Below, piece after piece: positions 59,283-64,000 of a stretch of DNA of 64,000 nt. Source of the stretch: an uncultured Thermoanaerobaculia bacterium (GTDB lineage: Bacteria > Acidobacteriota > JBCCFW01); NCBI GenBank assembly GCA_964613915.1, contig CAZTIW010000014.1:30928-94927 (forward strand), in the 5' to 3' direction. The notes beneath the pieces are model-generated. The model did no database searches and had not been told where the DNA came from. It was given only the letters and a program-made list of their open reading frames with translations. Made by a program: the position numbers and the translations under genes. How positions within the stretch are numbered: position 1 is the first letter of the stretch; each line of letters opens with the position of its first letter.

Positions 59283-59872
59283 GTTCCCGGAAAGCGAGGA
59301 CCCAGGTGGCGCTGCGGCTGCGCGGCGTCGTCGCTGCTCTCATCGCCCGGCCCTGGAGTGTCATCCTCATCGTTGCCGGATGCCTCGCACTGTGGACGGC
59401 GACTCACGTCCTTTGCCACGCGAGGAGTCTGAACCGTCAACTCGCGGACTTTGGCGATCTCCTGAACACTCGGTACTGCCTTGGAGCAATCGACATTGCT
59501 GCGCTCGATCCTGCGCGCATCTCTGGTGACATGGTGGGCGCCTGCCGTCTCATTGACGTGTACGGTCATCAAGTCTCGCTACACGTGTGGTCAGACGGCA
59601 CTAAAGTGCTTTGGTTGCTCGTGTCGCCCGGACGGGATGGCATGCTGGACTGGCCGCTCGAGGTCTATCAGCAAGAGGCCACGGAGATGCAAGGGGATAT
59701 CGGTCGTGACATTCTCGGCGACTTTGATGCTGACATCGTCATCTCCGAGCGCAAGCTCATTCAGTTCCCTAACAAGGTGGATGCCACGATCGCTGATGTC
59801 CTCGGAATCCCCATCGCAAGCCCAGCGCGCTCTCGAAGGACGCTCCGCCCGAGTCAGCGTGAACCGCATTAA
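59279..59872 (+). CDS. Putative cognate immunity protein for CT1
   Basis: GTG start overlapping the rhs stop (GTGA); N-terminal TM helix; local GC is lower than the flanks. Confidence 0.5.
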   Translation: MSSRKARTQVALRLRGVVAALIARPWSVILIVAGCLALWTATHVLCHARSLNRQLADFGDLLNTRYCLGAIDIAALDPARISGDMVGACRLIDVYGHQVSLHVWSDGTKVLWLLVSPGRDGMLDWPLEVYQQEATEMQGDIGRDILGDFDADIVISERKLIQFPNKVDATIADVLGIPIASPARSRRTLRPSQREPH

Positions 59873-59909
59873 TAAGTGGCGCCACTCAGGCCCCCGCTAT
59901 CTGAATACC

Positions 59910-60896
59910 ATCACGCGCGGTCGCCCGCACTCGGGTGGCTCGTCCTGGCTCGACACGAAGTTCACGCAGGACCTGCGGTACGATGCCCGGGGGTTTGTCA
60001 TGCGCCTCGAGCAGCATCGCCTGCCGTACCTGTGGCCGTCGGGGGACACGACGTGGTTCTACACGCATGACGACGCGGGCCGGCTCACGGGGGCAGCGCT
60101 CGATCCCGTGGACTGGCCGTCGCTTCCGAACATCGTGGACGAGTCGTACGCCTACCTGCCCTCCAATCCCTGGAACCTCGCGTCCATCACGGACAACCTG
60201 ACCAGCACGACGACAGCGTTCCCGACCGATGACGAGGATCGCATCCAGACCCCGGATCGCGAGTATCACGCGTTCATCGGAGCGCTGAAGAGGGAGAACG
60301 GCGCGGGAGGCCAGACGCGGCGATACCGCTGGGATGTCGCGGGCCGCCTCATGGCCGTGCTGGAGGGCACCGACGCGACGGGGTACGCCGGGACGGCCTA
60401 CTCGTACGATCCCTGGAACCGCCTCGTCGCCGAGCGACCGATCACCACGGCGACGGCCACGGGCCAGCCCGTCTCGGCCGGCTCGCCGACGATTCACCTG
60501 TGGAGCGGATGGCAGCAGGTGGGGGAGGTGGAGTCGTTCGCGTCGGCGCCGGCGTTCGCGTGGAGCGACGGGCCGATGGGCCTCGCGGGCATCAAGCGCG
60601 AGGGCTCGTCACACGAGAGGCTGTTCTCGGACGCGCAGGGGTCGGTGAAGTACGGCTTCGCAGACGATCCCGTGTACACGCCGTTCGGCAAGGTGGTGAG
60701 CGGCACGCTGAGCACGGCCAAGGGCTTCCAGGGCCAGGAATGGCGCGACGAGGCGCGGCTCTACTACATGCGCCACCGCTGGTACGACCCCGCCAGCGCG
60801 CGCTTCCTGTCGCGCGACCCCGTGCGCACTGGCGCGATCCATAACTTCGCGTTCGCGATGGATAGCCCCGTGATGATGGGGGATCCGATGGGGTTG
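59910..60896 (+). repeat. Copy B (orphan rhs fragment) of the same 987-bp direct repeat
   Basis: As copy A; two single-base differences seen, both synonymous in the rhs frame (ACG/ACT Thr near 58688/60830; CCG/CCC Pro near 58737/60879). Confidence 0.9.
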
Positions 60897-61439
60897 CTGC
60901 CGGCATGGATGGAGGCCGAACTCGCGCAGGCGTATGGCAATGGTTCGTTCGCTGAAAAGGAGGCGACGTTGAGGCGCGCTGTCGCGTTGCTTCGACAGTG
61001 CGCTGCGCCAGACTATCGGAAGACCGTGGGGAACGCGCTGGGTGCGGTCAACGTTCGGGCAATGCTAGCTCGGCCACCTCAGTCGGGCGGCAGTGGGCGC
61101 GCAGGATTCACCAATCCGCACACGGGTGACGTGACGATTACTGCGTTGGCCTTCCGTTCACTTCCGCCGCAGGCAGACGGGAGGGTTAGTTCTCGAGTTC
61201 CGGTAAAGAATGGCACTTGGTCTCCAGCCGGCTACACGCCTCCGATTGGTTCCGCCACGAAGTGGGATGGTCTTCTGATAGCGATCGCCCACGAAGGCCA
61301 GCACGTTGCGGATGTGCTGAGCCGGCAGGGACCTCCCGGTCCGCCGCTGCAAACCTTCGATCCGCGTCACGTTGAGATCCACGAGACCGCTCACGCCATC
61401 GTCGAATCGATGTACTACGCGGGCTGCAACTGTGACTAG
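59910..61439 (+). other. Orphan rhs C-terminal cassette: about 330 codons of rhs core fused to an alternative toxin tip (CT2) with HExxH motifs; no own start
   Basis: In-frame continuation of the RHS core from ITRGRPHSGG to DPMGL, then unrelated 180-aa tip containing AHEGQH and IHETAH; the 5-prime part of the long ORF (59481-59909) overlaps the immunity gene out of frame. Confidence 0.7.
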
Positions 61440-61449
61440 GAGTTCCTTC

Positions 61450-62151
61450 ATGAGGGTACTCGTGCTGGGAATGAGCTTCGCCCTGGTCACGGCGCAACAC
61501 GTGGAGTGCGACGCGAGGGCAGGCTCGGCATCGCTTCGAGAGTCTCGTGCGGTGTTCGTGTCGGATCCGAGGTCACCTAGCAACAGGACAAGACTTGCGG
61601 GCATTCAGTGGCCCGAGGATCCGGACGCGGCCTGTGTCGCCAAGCGCTTTGCCGATGCACTTCTCGCGCGAGAGGGAGCGCGCCCGGTGCGGCGCGGCAA
61701 ACGCCAAGCGGCGCGCATCGAGTTGACCGTGCTCTGGCTGCCCGGGGGGCATCACGGGTACGACGAGTACTGGGATCCCGAGCGCGAGGAGACGCGGGTT
61801 GACTTCGCGCAAGTCTTGGTCGCGACGGGCGCTGCGGTAGTGGACCCCAAGCCGCTCCAGACGTCGAGGAGGCAAGTGTGTGGCCTCCGGATCGGCGAGG
61901 AAATTGCCGAGCGCGGGTATCGCGGAGCATGGGCTCCTGCACTGCAAATGGGTTCGTGCGGAGACCTTTCTGTCCAGTGGTCAATCTTCTTGGGAGAAGA
62001 GAATGCGCAAGCCCTTGTCGTCTGGATTCGGGACGAACTCGCATGCCTCCCGGTGGCATGCGGAGGCGGGACGCCAGAATTCTGCGACGGCGAAATCGCT
62101 GATCTCGTTCGCCAACTGCACGAGCACGAGGAGGAAGGCCGCCGGCCATGA
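61450..62151 (+). CDS. Putative cognate immunity protein for CT2
   Basis: ATG at 61450 with AGGAG 8 nt upstream, 11 bp after the CT2 stop; Cys-containing 233-aa protein. Confidence 0.45.
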   Translation: MRVLVLGMSFALVTAQHVECDARAGSASLRESRAVFVSDPRSPSNRTRLAGIQWPEDPDAACVAKRFADALLAREGARPVRRGKRQAARIELTVLWLPGGHHGYDEYWDPEREETRVDFAQVLVATGAAVVDPKPLQTSRRQVCGLRIGEEIAERGYRGAWAPALQMGSCGDLSVQWSIFLGEENAQALVVWIRDELACLPVACGGGTPEFCDGEIADLVRQLHEHEEEGRRP

Positions 62152-62194
62152 GAGGCCATCGCGCTTCCATGTGGGAGTTTCTCGGAGGCGCGCC

Positions 62195-63757
62195 ATGGTC
62201 TCCTTCGTCAGCCTGTTGTTCCTGTTTGGGATGTTCGCTTCATGCGCAGGCGCATGCTCGTGTCGCGTCTCCGCCAAGCGCGCTCAACCCAGTACGAGCG
62301 AGAGCCCCATGCCGCTGGCCGTGGCCTTGAAGCGTGCCGACCTCGTGACCCTCGGCACGCTTGACATGTCGCCCGAGAGTGACTGCGAGTCGGGCGTCGG
62401 ATTCCGAGTCGAGCGCATCCTGAAGGGCGATGGCCGCGACAGGGAGTCCGTGTGTCTGGGCGATGCTGTCTCGCGCGAGCGGCTTCCGATTCCATTCCTC
62501 GTCAGCGAGGGGAGCGTGCTCGCGCTTCTGCGCCGTGAGCGTCAGGCGACAGCGGTGGGACCGGCGACGTACACGCCAGTTCCGAATCTGGCGGGACTCA
62601 TGCCGCTGGACATCGTCGCGTTCTGCCCGGTCGTGTCGATCAGGCCCGATCAGATCGGAATCCCGGCCGGGTTCAACGGCATGTGGCTGCGGTACCCGGA
62701 TTTCTCTCCCGCTTTCGTGTTCATGACGACGCTCGTTGACATGGAGGAGGCCGTCAGGGGTGAGCGGCCCCGGATGCCGCCGAGCGCCGTGGAAGGGGAT
62801 CGGCCGGGCTTGCGGCGTCCTGCGGCTCCGGGCGGCGGGCCATTACAGGCGCGTCCGCCGCGGCGCGGCAACGTCGCGGGAGCGCGACAGCGAGCGAGCC
62901 CCCTCCTGAGTCACGCTCCGAGGCACGCTGGACTGTTCGCCGCCATCCTCCCCGAGGGAGTCGCGGCGCTCGGTGACGGGGCGTTCGCCATCGCGCATCG
63001 AGGGGGCGCGGCGGTGTCGGTGGGCGAGACGTTCGTGGACACGGCGGGCGATCCGGCGCCGCGCGAGGTCGGGCGGTTCGGGGGCTTCGGCGAGGACGAG
63101 TGCCGGTTCGTGCAGCCGGTGGACGTGGCTGGCGAGAGGTCGCGCGTGCGCGTGCTCGATCGCGTCCGCCGCGTGGTCGTCGAGGTGGACTTCAGTCAGG
63201 AGACGCCAACATGCCTTCGCGAGATCGTGCTGGCGGAGGTTCGCGATCCCGAGGCGGTCGAGGTGTCGCCCGACGGCGCGGTGCTCGTGCTGGACGCTGG
63301 CGAGAACGTCATCCGCGTGGTGCGGGATGGCGCGCTCACCGACAGGCGCATCGGAGCGTTCGGGCGGGGACGCGAGGGCATGAGCTGTCCGCATGATCTG
63401 GCGCTCGGCGCGGACGGGACGATCTACGTGGCCGATTCGGGCAACCGACGCATCCAGCGGTACCGGCTGTCGGATGGCGCATGCCTCGGGCCGTGGGGAA
63501 GCCACGGGAACGCGGCCGATCAGTTCATTGACCCCACCGGGGTTGCCATGAACGAGAACGGCGAGCTTCTCGTGGCCGATCGCTACGCGCATCGCATCCA
63601 GGTCTTCGATGTCGGCGCCGGGCGCGAGGAAGTGGCGCGACGCCTGGAGCTGCCCCCGCAGGTTCGGTATCCGACGCGGCTCGCGGTGCTGGCTGGAAAC
63701 CTCTGCGTCGTGACCTGCGCGCAGCCCTCCGAGGTGTGGGTGATGGCATGTCCGTGA
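62195..63757 (+). CDS. NHL-repeat beta-propeller lipoprotein
   Basis: Signal MVSFVSLLFLFGMFASCAGAC; C-terminal NHL-type repeats (DGTIYVADSGNRRIQRY, NGELLVADRYAHRIQVF). Confidence 0.7.
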   Translation: MVSFVSLLFLFGMFASCAGACSCRVSAKRAQPSTSESPMPLAVALKRADLVTLGTLDMSPESDCESGVGFRVERILKGDGRDRESVCLGDAVSRERLPIPFLVSEGSVLALLRRERQATAVGPATYTPVPNLAGLMPLDIVAFCPVVSIRPDQIGIPAGFNGMWLRYPDFSPAFVFMTTLVDMEEAVRGERPRMPPSAVEGDRPGLRRPAAPGGGPLQARPPRRGNVAGARQRASPLLSHAPRHAGLFAAILPEGVAALGDGAFAIAHRGGAAVSVGETFVDTAGDPAPREVGRFGGFGEDECRFVQPVDVAGERSRVRVLDRVRRVVVEVDFSQETPTCLREIVLAEVRDPEAVEVSPDGAVLVLDAGENVIRVVRDGALTDRRIGAFGRGREGMSCPHDLALGADGTIYVADSGNRRIQRYRLSDGACLGPWGSHGNAADQFIDPTGVAMNENGELLVADRYAHRIQVFDVGAGREEVARRLELPPQVRYPTRLAVLAGNLCVVTCAQPSEVWVMACP

Positions 63758-64000
63758 GGGCCGCGCTGACAGCAGGACTCCTGGCCGTGGCGGCGTCGGG
63801 GGCCGTGCCCACCGCAGTCGCGCCCGCCGAGGTCACGCCCGCCTCTCCCGGCGCGCAGGCGCCTGCGGCGGCGTCCGCGGGCCTGCCGGGAGCATCGAGC
63901 ACGCCGCGCCTCGTCACGCGCATCGAGCTGCTGCCGGGCGGCGGCGCGCTCGCGACGCTCGAGCTCGACGCGACCGCCGCCGCGCCGGGACTCACCGTCC
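63748..64000 (+). CDS. 5-prime part of a gene for a secreted hypothetical protein (continues beyond window)
   Basis: ATG overlapping the upstream stop; signal-peptide-like MSVRAALTAGLLAVAASGAVPTAVA; open to window end. Confidence 0.4.
   Translation, partial: MSVRAALTAGLLAVAASGAVPTAVAPAEVTPASPGAQAPAAASAGLPGASSTPRLVTRIELLPGGGALATLELDATAAAPGLTV

Noticed and set aside
59481-59909. 5-prime portion of the 652-aa ORF, which would make the orphan rhs cassette an independently translated gene
   Set aside because: Overlaps the putative immunity gene in another frame and has junk-like composition (Ser/Arg/Cys-rich); rhs homology begins only at about 59910.
1-64000. CRISPR arrays, rRNA/tRNA genes, IS elements, integrases, prophage genes
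   Set aside because: No spacer-repeat periodicity, no transposase or integrase-like ORF, no terminal inverted repeats and no rRNA-like region seen. tRNAs cannot be excluded by eye but no ORF-free stretch showed an obvious cloverleaf.

Overview
High-GC (about 70 percent) bacterial chromosomal segment. Gene content (DUF4388-like and PilZ regulators, thrombospondin-type-3 repeat protein, many secreted proteins and lipoproteins, RHS toxin) suggests a Myxococcota-like organism, but that is an inference. All calls are by eye from the six-frame ORF track and motif recognition; no searches were run. About 50 genes are supportable, tightly packed, with many 4-bp start/stop overlaps. Housekeeping content: M1 aminopeptidase + PAP2 phosphatase; MocR-type regulator + pdxS/pdxT; cstA operon ending in a PilZ/receiver regulator; Rieske protein; RluA; M17 leucyl aminopeptidase; FNR-like reductase; endonuclease III; PolX; lipB/fused E1/E2/lipA 2-oxoacid dehydrogenase operon; 7Fe ferredoxin; Lnt. 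Accessory content: the most interesting locus is an RHS polymorphic-toxin gene (54183-59282) with a C-terminal toxin tip and overlapping putative immunity gene, followed by a promoterless orphan rhs tail that repeats about 987 bp of the core almost identically and carries a second, unrelated HExxH tip and second putative immunity gene. Other notable items are a JAMM/MPN peptidase coupled to a rhodanese-ThiF E1-like enzyme, a 1043-aa thrombospondin-type-3 repeat protein with a dockerin-like C-terminus, an orphan Dam-like methyltransferase, and a GDSL lipase-FadL pair. No rRNA, tRNA, CRISPR array, transposase or integrase was recognised. Many long ORFs in the track are antisense or off-frame artefacts of high GC and were rejected. 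Coordinates read from the printed sequence may be off by 1-2 bp; ORF-track arithmetic was used wherever possible.
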